Shown: one piece after another, positions 1 to 9,835 of the stretch
Layout: each line of letters opens with the position of its first letter
Position numbering within the stretch: the first letter of the stretch is position 1
Source of the DNA: an uncultured bacterium
GTDB taxonomy: Bacteria > Babelota > Babeliae > Babelales > Babelaceae
Length of the DNA stretch: 64,000 nucleotides
NCBI GenBank assembly: GCA_963848965.1
Contig: CAWKFG010000004.1
Location: 384,001 to 448,000 of the forward strand
Direction: 5' to 3'
Program-made: the position numbers and the translations under genes
Notes under the pieces: generated by a model
Told to the model about the DNA's origin: nothing
Database searches by the model: none
Seen by the model: only the letters and a program-made list of their open reading frames with translations

Positions 1-171
1 TGTAGTGACTGCAGAGAGCTGATTCATTAACTGATCTAAAACTTCTCTCACTTTGATAATTTCTTGAATATGCTTTTGTTTTTCAAAAGTACTTTGTTCT
101 TCTGCCATCCCAAAAGTCTTAAAACAACCTAAGGAAACAAGGCCTAGAAAAACTATTATATGATATCTCAT
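1..171 (-). CDS. 5' part of a hypothetical protein with signal peptide (runs off the window)
   Basis: Manual translation from ATG at 171: MRYHIIVFLGLVSLGCFKTFGMAEEQ..., open to the window edge; GAGGA RBS upstream. Confidence 0.6.
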   Translation of the reverse strand, partial: MRYHIIVFLGLVSLGCFKTFGMAEEQSTFEKQKHIQEIIKVREVLDQLMNQLSAVTT

Positions 172-351
172 AAATCCTCTAGAATATTTTTAACGCATTA
201 AGATATTTCCATAAATCATAACAGAAATAAATATTAAGATAAAGTATTTTTTCTCAAAAATTTAAAAATCAAAGGAGCTAATATAGCACCAGCTACACTA
301 GCTCCTCCAACCATTTGCCTATAACATCTAGAAACGCTCGTAACTTAATTT

Positions 352-930
352 CTATACAATCTTAAGTAGCTTTTGTGCTTGCTGATTATTGTTAAATGTA
401 GCCCAATACAAAGGAGTATTACCGCTAAAGTCTGCTATATTCTTTCGAGCACCCGCTTGTAGAAGTAATGTGATTGCTTCTACATGGTTATGCCGAGCCG
501 CCCAATGTAATGGTGTATAGCCGCTTTTATCTTGCCTATTAATATCAGCCCCTGATGCAATAAGAATTTTTAAAGAAGTTGGATCGCCATGCATGGCTGC
601 AAGGTGTAATGCACTTTGTCCTAATCTATTAAGAATGTCAAGAGAAGCTCCTGATTCTACAAGCAATTCCACCAAAGCTGAATATCCTTCAAGAGCTGCT
701 CTATGAAGTGGCGTGTTACCATAGATATTTTGAGCATTGCTATCTACACCTTGTTTAAGGAGCTCCTGAACACGTTGTTTATCTGCCTTATAGACTGCTT
801 GGTGCAGTGCTGTCTCTTCTTGTTTATGGTGCTTGACTTTGTGGTCATAGCTACTTTTGAAAAAGTAGATACTAGAAGCTATCCCGATAAGAATTAATAC
901 AGTAGCAAGAAATCGAAATGGCCTTATCAT
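352..930 (-). CDS. Ankyrin repeat protein with N-terminal TM/signal
   Basis: Repeated G-x-TPLH-x-AA motifs (GNTPLHRAA, GYTPLHWAA); hydrophobic N-terminus. Confidence 0.93.
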   Translation of the reverse strand: MIRPFRFLATVLILIGIASSIYFFKSSYDHKVKHHKQEETALHQAVYKADKQRVQELLKQGVDSNAQNIYGNTPLHRAALEGYSALVELLVESGASLDILNRLGQSALHLAAMHGDPTSLKILIASGADINRQDKSGYTPLHWAARHNHVEAITLLLQAGARKNIADFSGNTPLYWATFNNNQQAQKLLKIV

Positions 931-1063
931 AAAACCTGTCCTTTATCTGTATAGTGGTGCTCTTAAGAAGCATAGTACATTCTAATTTTTCTGCCATAGA
1001 ATATTCTTATCTTTGTAGTATACTAGGATAAAGATAGAAAAATTCATTGTAGTAATAAGGCAT

Positions 1064-2632
1064 ATGAAATATTTACCTACTGATGTAAGCACCTTTAGTC
1101 TTATGATTGAAGGCAATTATCTTTACATAGATAAAACAGAGTATATTTATAACCTTTTTAAAGAAGGTGAATCTCGATACTATTTCTTATCTCGACCACG
1201 TCGATTTGGCAAAACGCTGCTTATATCAACGTTAAAGGAACTGTTCTCTGGCAATAAAGAGCTATTTAAAGATCTTTGGATTTATAAAAGTACCTATAGA
1301 TGGGATACCTATCCTGTTATTCACCTTGATTTTTCGACCATGGATTATGCAACTGTTGAAGAACTGAAACTAAGTTTATCATGGACTTTATCACATATTG
1401 CACAAAGCTATGATATTGATATCTCACAAGCACCCACACCAAGCACTAAACTTACCTTATTAGTAGAACAGCTTTCAAAGAAAAATAAAGTAGTAATACT
1501 TATCGATGAATACGATAAGCCTTTATTAGACAATTTAAAAGATTATGAAAAAGCAGAAGCTCAAAGAGATGCTCTCAAATCCTTTTATGGCACTTTAAAA
1601 GGTCTTGATATTTACTTACGAGCTCTTTTCATAACTGGGGTAAGCAAATTTGCAAAAACATCAATATTCTCGGGGATCAACAATCTTAATGATATCAGCC
1701 TTAAACCAGAAGCAGCACAATTATTAGGATATACCGCACATGAAATAAACTATTATTTTAAAGAATACATACTACAATTTACTCGAGATCAACAGAGAAC
1801 TCCTGAAGCAACCATTCACGAGATGCAGAGATGGTATAATGGTTACAGGTTTTCGGAAAATCCTATAAAAGTCTATAACCCTTTTTCAGTACTTTATTAC
1901 TTAAAAGATCATAAGCTAGCAAACTATTGGTTTGAATCTGGAACCCCTTCATTTTTAATTAAACTCTTACAAAAACAATACCAATCACTTGAAGATCTTG
2001 CCTTAGTCGAACTGAGTTCTGATTCTTTAGGAACATTTACTATTGATAACATACCTCTTATTCCTCTTCTCTTTCAAGCAGGTTATCTTACTATTGCTGA
2101 TTATAATTCAGTAACAAGAAAATTTACGCTTAATTATCCTAATCTAGAGGTTGAGGAATCGTTCAAAAAATATCTTGTAGCAGCTCTTGCCTATAGCAAT
2201 CCAGTAACGGTTGATACTATGCTGTCTCGACTGCTTAGTGCTTTACATGCAGAAGATTTCAACACTTTTTGTACTTACTTGCAAAGCCTCTTTGCTCATA
2301 TTCCCTATACACTTCATATACCACGAGAAAGCTATTATCACTCACTATTTCAATTTCTTATGAGTCTTCTTTCTTTAGAAGCAAGTTCGGAAATTTTAAC
2401 CGATAAAGGCAGAATTGACTCAGTTATTTCTACCAAAACTACTATCTATATCTTTAAATTTAAATACAATACCGATCCAGAAAAAGCCCTTAAGCAGATT
2501 CAAGAACAAAAATATTATGAACCATATATAATTAAAGGAAAGCCTATTATAGCCGTTGGGCTTGCTTTTCATGATGAAAAAGAGAAGCTCATTATTAGAT
2601 GGCAATCAAAAGAGTTAGCATTCACGCAATAA
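1064..2632 (+). CDS. AAA-ATPase-like protein with C-terminal PD-(D/E)XK nuclease-like domain
   Basis: SRPRRFGKT Walker A, LIDEYDKP Walker B, WYNGY and YNPFS motifs, C-terminal GRID...ALKQI..KYY. Confidence 0.9.
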   Translation: MKYLPTDVSTFSLMIEGNYLYIDKTEYIYNLFKEGESRYYFLSRPRRFGKTLLISTLKELFSGNKELFKDLWIYKSTYRWDTYPVIHLDFSTMDYATVEELKLSLSWTLSHIAQSYDIDISQAPTPSTKLTLLVEQLSKKNKVVILIDEYDKPLLDNLKDYEKAEAQRDALKSFYGTLKGLDIYLRALFITGVSKFAKTSIFSGINNLNDISLKPEAAQLLGYTAHEINYYFKEYILQFTRDQQRTPEATIHEMQRWYNGYRFSENPIKVYNPFSVLYYLKDHKLANYWFESGTPSFLIKLLQKQYQSLEDLALVELSSDSLGTFTIDNIPLIPLLFQAGYLTIADYNSVTRKFTLNYPNLEVEESFKKYLVAALAYSNPVTVDTMLSRLLSALHAEDFNTFCTYLQSLFAHIPYTLHIPRESYYHSLFQFLMSLLSLEASSEILTDKGRIDSVISTKTTIYIFKFKYNTDPEKALKQIQEQKYYEPYIIKGKPIIAVGLAFHDEKEKLIIRWQSKELAFTQ

Positions 2633-3782
2633 ATTCTTTATAAGGTACAGCAAGAATTTGATCTCTACGCTCTAAAATATCTATGAAAAATTCTGGCGTA
2701 CAAGAATCCAATCCTTCTTTGAGAGCATCTTCATAAATCATACTTAGTACTTCATAAGTAAGTTGTGTATACTTCTCAAGAGTGGATTTTGAATAAATAT
2801 TTGTAAAGTTAATACGTGGCTTTAGAGTATTATCAGGATTTTCGGAAGAGCTCTTATAAAATTGAATCCATAAAGCATTATGCCACAAAACGATAGGCAA
2901 CTGCGAAATACCTAGATTGTTCCAACCTTGGACAAATCTTATAGGAACGGTATACTCTTTTCCTTTAAGTCGCTTACTTGAGCATTCCAGCGTATCTAAA
3001 GATACCATAGGTGACTCTGATAATTTTCTTTTACGGGATTCACTTTCTGATACTAACTCACCTCTCTTTATCTCTATACACACGGGAAGTGTTATCCAAA
3101 ACTCTTCTTCAAAAGGGAATGTTCCTTTATAAGAAAAGTGAGGCTCAAAACCAATCTGACGAATAAAAGAATGGTACCCATACCGTGTCTTACTCCAGGT
3201 TATTATTGCAGCGTTATCAATAAGCGCCAGCTTTGCTCTCCCCTTATGGTAAGCAATAATTTGGTTTCCTGCATGGTTATCCCATTGACCAAAAATGAAA
3301 TAAAATAAGTACATATCACTTTTTTCTTTTTCAGAAAGCAGAGTAAATGCAGTTTTGTTGTGCCGTGATTTTAAAAGGTCAAAAGGTGATTCTACAAAAA
3401 ATTGAAGGCTTCCTCGCTTTCCTTGATACTCTCTTAACACCGTAGGCGGTACTAAGCGCTGCCCTAGCCAGATGCTCGCTTTATATGCAGCAATCTCACC
3501 ATAAGAAAATCGTAACTCATCTTCAGGCTTAAAAACAGCTTTAAGACCGTTTGCAAGTGTAGCAAGATAGACCTTTTTAGTGTAATGTGCTTTTTTATTT
3601 TGTTCGCTTAAATATTCTCTCATATCTTTAAGCGCTACAATAGGCTGAGTTCTCAGTTGTTCTTCAATGCTCTTAAGGTCTAAAGTATCGTCCCATAACG
3701 GTTGTACTCTATCAGGAGCTTCCATACCATATGCCAAAGAGAGAGTACCTAGTATACTGATAAAAGAGAGACATCTTATCAT
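2622..3782 (-). CDS. PI3/PI4-kinase-like atypical kinase, secreted, catalytic motifs intact
   Basis: AVFKP, GEIAAY, LVPPTV, GSLQFFV, DNHAGN, LIDN; N-terminal signal peptide. Confidence 0.75.
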   Translation of the reverse strand: MIRCLSFISILGTLSLAYGMEAPDRVQPLWDDTLDLKSIEEQLRTQPIVALKDMREYLSEQNKKAHYTKKVYLATLANGLKAVFKPEDELRFSYGEIAAYKASIWLGQRLVPPTVLREYQGKRGSLQFFVESPFDLLKSRHNKTAFTLLSEKEKSDMYLFYFIFGQWDNHAGNQIIAYHKGRAKLALIDNAAIITWSKTRYGYHSFIRQIGFEPHFSYKGTFPFEEEFWITLPVCIEIKRGELVSESESRKRKLSESPMVSLDTLECSSKRLKGKEYTVPIRFVQGWNNLGISQLPIVLWHNALWIQFYKSSSENPDNTLKPRINFTNIYSKSTLEKYTQLTYEVLSMIYEDALKEGLDSCTPEFFIDILERRDQILAVPYKEFIA

Positions 3783-3891
3783 AGCTTATACCTTTCCTTT
3801 ACACAGTATTACAGGTGACTATCAAAAACAGCTTTAAAGCTATACAGCTCTGTATAAACCAGGATACTACTGTTATAAAAACAAGCAAGAG

Positions 3892-4737
3892 TTATGGTAC
3901 AAGCACTTTGTGCGATGCTGCGAGTATTTGGTTTTTTCGCTCTAAAATATCATTAAAAAAAGCTGGTGTACAATCAGCAACATTATGCGTTAATGCATCT
4001 TCAAATATCCAATGCAAAACATCAAGAGAAAGCTCTTTATACCGCTTGAGTGTCTGTTTTGAATATACAAATGGATACAAGAGCAACGAAGAATCTTTTT
4101 TATTCTTTGCTACTATTTTATTCCACACTATATGTCTCTTTCTCTTTACAAGAGAAGAGCTATCGATGATAGCAGCATGCCCTTTGCCATTTTTATCAAT
4201 TGCTATAAGCTTGTTACCCCAATGAGCAGAGATTCTTCCTCTAAAAACAAAGTAAAAAAGAGCCATATCACTCTTAGTTTTAGCAGAAAGCAACTTTAAA
4301 GCACGCTCTCTATCTTCTTGCTTAAAGAGGTCAAAAGGAGTCTCTACAAAAAATTGTAAACTTCCTCGTTGTCCTTTATAGTCCCGCACTACTGTTGGAG
4401 GCACTAACTGTTGCCCCAGCCACAGACTCGCTCTATATGCAGCGGTTTCTCCGTAGGGCGATTGTTCTTTACTCTCTGGCTTAAAAACAGCCTTAAGACC
4501 ATTTTCGAGTGTCACAAGATACACAGCATGCTGAAAAGAATCCTGTTTCTGATTCTCTTTCAAATATGCTCTCATCTCTTTTGACGAAACTATAGGCTGC
4601 GTTTTTAATTGCCTTTCAATTTCATTTATGTTTAAAGCACTATCCCAAACAGGTTGCTTTGTATAGTTTTCACCATTGACGTAAAACATAGAAAAAGCAA
4701 ATATACTACAGAAAAGCCAAGAACTATAAGAGAGCAT
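3892..4737 (-). CDS. PI3/PI4-kinase-like paralog, catalytic Asp missing
   Basis: AVFKP, GETAAY, LVPPTV, GSLQFFV; catalytic loop reads ISAHWGN, then IIDS. Confidence 0.72.
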   Translation of the reverse strand: MLSYSSWLFCSIFAFSMFYVNGENYTKQPVWDSALNINEIERQLKTQPIVSSKEMRAYLKENQKQDSFQHAVYLVTLENGLKAVFKPESKEQSPYGETAAYRASLWLGQQLVPPTVVRDYKGQRGSLQFFVETPFDLFKQEDRERALKLLSAKTKSDMALFYFVFRGRISAHWGNKLIAIDKNGKGHAAIIDSSSLVKRKRHIVWNKIVAKNKKDSSLLLYPFVYSKQTLKRYKELSLDVLHWIFEDALTHNVADCTPAFFNDILERKNQILAASHKVLVP

Positions 4738-4767
4738 ACTATTTCCTTTCGTAATAAAGATGTGTTC

Positions 4768-5619
4768 TTAAGGTACAAGTTTTTTATGTGGAACCGCAAG
4801 CATGTAGTCTCTTCCTTTTAGAAGAGCAGCAAAAAATTCTGGTGTACAAGAGGGAACTTTGTCTTTAAGCGCATCAATAAAAATTTCTTGAAGCACTTCA
4901 AGAGAAAGCGCTTTATAACGTTTAAGAGTAGCTTTTGAGTAAACAGAAGGCCATTCACTCTCTAGCTTTCTTGTTTGCAGCACAGGTGGCATCTGCCTTA
5001 AATGCTGTGTCATAATAGAAGCATTATCAATCAATGCAAGATGCGCTTTACCATCTTTGCCAAGAGCTACAAGTTGGTTACCAGAGTGCGATCCTTTATG
5101 TTTAAAAATACAACCAAAAAGCTGTGCATCACTTAACACTTTAGGCGATAACATACGAAAAGCCTTTTTTTCGTGTTTTGGATTTACAAGATCAAAGGGA
5201 GATTCTACAAAAAATTGGAGACTGCCTTTTATACCTTTATGCTCTCTTAATACTACAGGAGGAACTAAGCGTTGCCCAAGCCAGAGACTTGCCCTATAGG
5301 CAGCAAGCTCTCCATAGTGATAATTTTTTGGGCCACCTGGCTTAAACACTGCTTTTAAGCCATTTGCAAGCAGAGCAACATATACCTTATTGTGAAACTT
5401 TGCTTCTTTTCCTTGTTTTTTTAAATATTTACTCATGCTCGTAAGCCTAGCAATAGGCTGTGATGCTAAGTGCTTTTCTATCACAGCAAAATCAAGCGTA
5501 TTATCCCAGAGAGGCTGTTTTACGTAATGCTTCTGATCACTTGTAGCATATACAGAAGCACACATAAGAAAATATAAGTAAAAGTGTTGTCTTATAAGCA
5601 TAGTACTTCTTTTCAACAT
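4768..5619 (-). CDS. PI3/PI4-kinase-like paralog, catalytic Asp missing
   Basis: AVFKP, GELAAY, GSLQFFV; catalytic loop reads KGSHSGN, then LIDN. Confidence 0.72.
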   Translation of the reverse strand: MLKRSTMLIRQHFYLYFLMCASVYATSDQKHYVKQPLWDNTLDFAVIEKHLASQPIARLTSMSKYLKKQGKEAKFHNKVYVALLANGLKAVFKPGGPKNYHYGELAAYRASLWLGQRLVPPVVLREHKGIKGSLQFFVESPFDLVNPKHEKKAFRMLSPKVLSDAQLFGCIFKHKGSHSGNQLVALGKDGKAHLALIDNASIMTQHLRQMPPVLQTRKLESEWPSVYSKATLKRYKALSLEVLQEIFIDALKDKVPSCTPEFFAALLKGRDYMLAVPHKKLVP

Positions 5620-5646
5620 GAATTAACCTTTCAATGAGTAGTCTTC

Positions 5647-6798
5647 TTATTTAAGAAGAGCAAGTAATTGGTCTCTTCGTTTTAGTATGCTACTAAAGAA
5701 ATGAGCACTACAATAACGAGTATGGCTCTTTATTGCCTCTTCAAACATCCAATGTAAAGCTTTAAGAGAAAGCTTTTTGTATCGCTTTAAGCTTTCAGGT
5801 GAATGGATATGAACTTGAGAAATAGAGATACCCTTATGCACTCTACTTAGCACATCGCAGGAATTCCAGTCATATTGAACCCATAAGCTATTTTTCCACA
5901 TTACAACTGGCAAATGCGTTACATTGAGGGTATTCCAGTATAAAATATAATCGAGTGGAACAACATAGTGGGCTTCCTTATTAGTAAACTTTTTATAAGC
6001 ACATAGTTCATTAAGACATAATCCAACATTTTTACGATGTTGCTGCAATAAGACAGTACCATTCTTCTCATCTTGCCCAAGGGCAATAGGAAGAGAGATG
6101 TAAAAGACTTCATTAAACGGAAAAGGTTCATTATATAAATCATCATCACCGTATGCAATTTCCTGAATAAAAGGAGGTTCGCCACTACGCACTCGTGCTG
6201 GTACAATAAAAGCAGCATTATCAATAAGCGCTAAATATGCTTTTCCATCTTTATCAAGAGATACAAGTTGATTTCCTGGATGCGGATCCCATTGCCCAAA
6301 AATATAATAAAAAATTTGCCTATCACTCTTAGTCTGCTCTGATAGAAGGCTGAAAGCATGATCTCTTTCGCTATCTTTTAAAAGATCAAAAGGAGATTCT
6401 ACAAAGAACTGGAGACTTCCTCTCATTTTTTTATGCGTTTTAAGCACAGTGGGGGGAACAAGACGCAATCGAAGCCATTGACTTGCTCTATAAGCTGCTA
6501 CTTCCCCATAAGCTTTAAAAAGGCGTCCAGCTTCTGGCTTAAAAACTGCTTTTAAGCCATTTGCAAGTGTAGCAACATATACTTTAGTTTTATAAAAAAC
6601 GACTCTTCCTTTTTCTTTTAAATAATCTTTCATCTCTTTTAATTCAACAATAGGCTCTTTACGTAATTGTTCTTCAATACCAGCAAAATCAAGGTGATCA
6701 TCCCAGACTGGCTGCTTCGTATGTGTAACGCCTTTAATACCATAAGTGCAAAGAGTAAAAATCATTAACAAAAGGTAGAGAGATCTATAAAAACACAT
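5647..6798 (-). CDS. PI3/PI4-kinase-like atypical kinase, secreted, catalytic motifs intact
   Basis: AVFKP, GEVAAY, GSLQFFV, DPHPGN, LIDN; start moved to the ATG at 6798 behind a GAGGAAAG RBS (ORF track starts at 6837). Confidence 0.75.
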   Translation of the reverse strand: MCFYRSLYLLLMIFTLCTYGIKGVTHTKQPVWDDHLDFAGIEEQLRKEPIVELKEMKDYLKEKGRVVFYKTKVYVATLANGLKAVFKPEAGRLFKAYGEVAAYRASQWLRLRLVPPTVLKTHKKMRGSLQFFVESPFDLLKDSERDHAFSLLSEQTKSDRQIFYYIFGQWDPHPGNQLVSLDKDGKAYLALIDNAAFIVPARVRSGEPPFIQEIAYGDDDLYNEPFPFNEVFYISLPIALGQDEKNGTVLLQQHRKNVGLCLNELCAYKKFTNKEAHYVVPLDYILYWNTLNVTHLPVVMWKNSLWVQYDWNSCDVLSRVHKGISISQVHIHSPESLKRYKKLSLKALHWMFEEAIKSHTRYCSAHFFSSILKRRDQLLALLK

Positions 6799-6899
6799 AC
6801 TTTCCTCTTTTATACTAACATACGTTGAATATTGCATAATCTTGCTTTTTTATTCTATGCTTTTTCAGACAATCTTTACAAGAGAAAAAAGGAGATTCT

Positions 6900-7175
6900 A
6901 TGAAGAGAAAACTTTCGCTTACTCTCTTTGTGGGCATTCAGCTCTTCTTTGTCTTCTTCTACATTTATGATCAAAGTCAAAAAATTCAATTATCTTATCA
7001 AAAGCAGAAATATGAAAAACTCAAAGTAGAACTCCTTGATAAACGGCAAACATTAAAACAGGCATTACATGCAACTCATAATCTTACAGCAATTAAAGCG
7101 TTTGCCATAAACTCGAACATGCACAAAGTAAAACTTCACCAAATAAAGACGTTAAATCATGAATGTACAGCATAA
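6900..7175 (+). CDS. ftsL: Probable cell division protein FtsL
   Basis: Small protein with one TM helix then a coiled coil; overlaps the start of ftsI. Confidence 0.6.
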   Translation: MKRKLSLTLFVGIQLFFVFFYIYDQSQKIQLSYQKQKYEKLKVELLDKRQTLKQALHATHNLTAIKAFAINSNMHKVKLHQIKTLNHECTA

Positions 7176-8796
7176 CAGCCGACTAAGCATTATTTTTATG
7201 TGCTTTATTACACTTTACGTTCTCGTACTCTTTAATCTTTATATTTTGCAGATCAGAAAGTCGGGCTTTTATAAAACATTGGGAAACCAACAATACCATG
7301 TAACTGTTACTATTATGCCTCCTCGTGCAGAGGTTTATGATCGTACTGGGATACAACCTCTTGCTATGAACAAAGAAAGCCTTTCTGCTTTTATTATGCC
7401 TTCACGACTTGAACATGTTAAAGCAGTTAAAACATTTTTAGCGCGCCATTTTCCGCTTGCTCATGAACGTCTTAAAAAAAGTAAGCATCTTCACTTTATG
7501 TACATCAAACGACGATTGAGCCCAGAACAATTGACAGCAATTGAAAAAAGCGGCCTTACTGATATTAAACTTTTAAAAGAACCAAGTCGCTTTTATCCTA
7601 TTCCCTCTGTAGGGCCTCTTGTAGGTATTACAGACATTGATAACCACGGCATGTTTGGTATTGAGTTGCTCTACAATACACAGCTTTCAGGAAAACCTTC
7701 TACCTATCTTTTACAAAAAGACTGTCGGTCCGGTCACTTTTATTTTAAAAGGGAAACAAAAGTACAAGGAGCACAAGGAGAACCAGTTACTCTTTCAATA
7801 GATAGCGTCCTACAATTTCTTGCATATGAAGAACTTAAGGAAACTGTTGAGCAATTAGGCTCTCAAGAAGGATCTGTGCTTATTACTAATCCAGATACCG
7901 GCGAAATTATTGTAATGGCTCACTATCCTGATTTTAATCCTAATGAAACCGAACAACTTGATGTAGCTCATACAAAAAATCGTAGTATTACCGATGCCTA
8001 TGAACTAGGTTCTGTCATAAAAGCATTTCTTGCCCTTGCTGCACTCGAAGAAAAGGTTGTCTCTCCAAATGAATATATTGATTGTGAAAATAAAACAGTT
8101 GCAACTTTAGAAGGCATTAAGTTTTCTACATGGAAAGCACATGGCGTTATTCCATTTTCTGAAGTTATTCAGTTTTCTAACAACGTTGGTGTTGCAAAAG
8201 TAGCACAGCGAGTAGGGACAAAACTCTATGACCATTATAGAAAGTTAGGATTCGGACAAAAAATTGGTATATTTCCTGGTGAAAATAAAGGATTTATTAA
8301 CCCTCCAACCCAATGGTCTAAAGCATCTTTAATTTCTCTTTCCTTTGGTTACGAAATAAGCGCTACATTAGTACAACTTGCTCAAGCATTAAGCATCATT
8401 GCAAATGATGGTTACTTGATTCGTCCTCGTCTTCTTAAAATAGGAGATAATGAAGTAATTCAAAAAGAAGGACCACTATATAGTAAAGAGGCTATCACAC
8501 AAATGAAAGAGATATTGCACAAAACAATTACTGAAGGAGCCGCAAAAAAAGCGAACATTCAAGGATACGATATTATGGGTAAAACAGGAACAGCACGCTT
8601 ACTTACTAATGGTACCTACGACCCTAACCGTCATATCTTTACCTTTATGGCAATTGTACAGAAAGGAACATACAAACGTATTGTTATAACATTCTTAAAA
8701 GAAACAACGAAAAAGGGACTTTTAGCATCGAGCATTGCAGCTCCCCTTTTTGAAAAAATTGCTCATAAAATGCTTATCCATGACAAAATAGTATAG
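7159..8796 (+). CDS. ftsI: Class B penicillin-binding protein (FtsI/PBP3)
   Basis: N-terminal TM, R-x-E-V-Y-D-R dimerisation motif, SVIK (SxxK), SNN (SxN), KTG. Confidence 0.9.
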   Translation: MNVQHNSRLSIIFMCFITLYVLVLFNLYILQIRKSGFYKTLGNQQYHVTVTIMPPRAEVYDRTGIQPLAMNKESLSAFIMPSRLEHVKAVKTFLARHFPLAHERLKKSKHLHFMYIKRRLSPEQLTAIEKSGLTDIKLLKEPSRFYPIPSVGPLVGITDIDNHGMFGIELLYNTQLSGKPSTYLLQKDCRSGHFYFKRETKVQGAQGEPVTLSIDSVLQFLAYEELKETVEQLGSQEGSVLITNPDTGEIIVMAHYPDFNPNETEQLDVAHTKNRSITDAYELGSVIKAFLALAALEEKVVSPNEYIDCENKTVATLEGIKFSTWKAHGVIPFSEVIQFSNNVGVAKVAQRVGTKLYDHYRKLGFGQKIGIFPGENKGFINPPTQWSKASLISLSFGYEISATLVQLAQALSIIANDGYLIRPRLLKIGDNEVIQKEGPLYSKEAITQMKEILHKTITEGAAKKANIQGYDIMGKTGTARLLTNGTYDPNRHIFTFMAIVQKGTYKRIVITFLKETTKKGLLASSIAAPLFEKIAHKMLIHDKIV

Positions 8797-8853
8797 TAGC
8801 TTTTTATACACTTTTATCGTAAGATAAAAAAGTACTTCAACCAGAAAGGCTTT

Positions 8854-9357
8854 ATGATGATACGCTTTCTTTATCTTTGTATCTTTATGAGTTATGTCTT
8901 TTCGCTTTCTGCTTTGGACACCATTGAGCAAGCTATATATACAAGTAATCCTAGTCTTTTAAGTTTTCTTGAAGAAACTCCTGAATATACTGTTACTGTA
9001 TCTGAAAAGTCTAAAAATCAATACATTGCACAAGTTGATGAAACAATTACTAAGTACAAAAAAGCTTTGAGTGACCCTCTCTTGACTAGTGCACCTAGCC
9101 TCATAGAACGGTATATAACATTGCTCTTAACAAGTAGTGCCTTCATTTATATTACGTATATGATTAACAATCAGAACGTAAGATTACCAGTAACCGGTCT
9201 TTTTTTGGCTTGCACGTGGATTCATAGCATCTTTAATTTTATACAGATAATTAAAGCACACACCACTCTTCAACCAGAAGAGCTGTTGAAAAAAGCACAA
9301 AAAATTAAAGAGGTTCTCACTGCATTACCAGCATCTCCAGCATCGAGGAGAAAATAG
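8854..9357 (+). CDS. Hypothetical membrane protein, paralog of the next gene
   Basis: Signal peptide plus two hydrophobic segments; NPSLLSFLEETPEYTV resembles the next ORF. Confidence 0.7.
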   Translation: MMIRFLYLCIFMSYVFSLSALDTIEQAIYTSNPSLLSFLEETPEYTVTVSEKSKNQYIAQVDETITKYKKALSDPLLTSAPSLIERYITLLLTSSAFIYITYMINNQNVRLPVTGLFLACTWIHSIFNFIQIIKAHTTLQPEELLKKAQKIKEVLTALPASPASRRK

Positions 9358-9358
9358 C

Positions 9359-9826
9359 ATGAAGAATATTATAGCTATTTTAAGTATCTGTATACCATTT
9401 TCAACAGCTCCTTATGTAATAAAAACAGCAGTTGATACGCTTAATCCGGAGCTTCTTTACTTTCTTGAAAATCAAAATGGTTATACCATAAAAATAAACG
9501 AAAAGCTTAAACAGCACTTTATACAAAAGCTTGATACCCAACTTCATGAATCAAAGGAGCTCCTTCATTCTCCTTACTCACAAGCAGAAACAATTGCACT
9601 TGTAATTGCAGGGCTCTTCTTTGGATCTTCACTCTATGCAATAAAGACCCTCATTGAAGATCCTATGCTGGCTCCGAGTGTACGGTATAGTACACTTGGA
9701 GGGTGGCTTACTATAAGTGCGCTCAGTACCGCAATGAGTTTAAAGCTTCTTAATCGCTCCGGCGTTAAAGGAATAGCTAAACGGTGTAAAAAATTAAAAA
9801 TGCTTATTAATAAGTGTAATACATAA
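9359..9826 (+). CDS. Hypothetical membrane protein, paralog of the previous gene
   Basis: NPELLYFLENQNGYTI; two hydrophobic segments; GAGGAG RBS. Confidence 0.7.
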   Translation: MKNIIAILSICIPFSTAPYVIKTAVDTLNPELLYFLENQNGYTIKINEKLKQHFIQKLDTQLHESKELLHSPYSQAETIALVIAGLFFGSSLYAIKTLIEDPMLAPSVRYSTLGGWLTISALSTAMSLKLLNRSGVKGIAKRCKKLKMLINKCNT

Positions 9827-9835
9827 AGAGATGTT

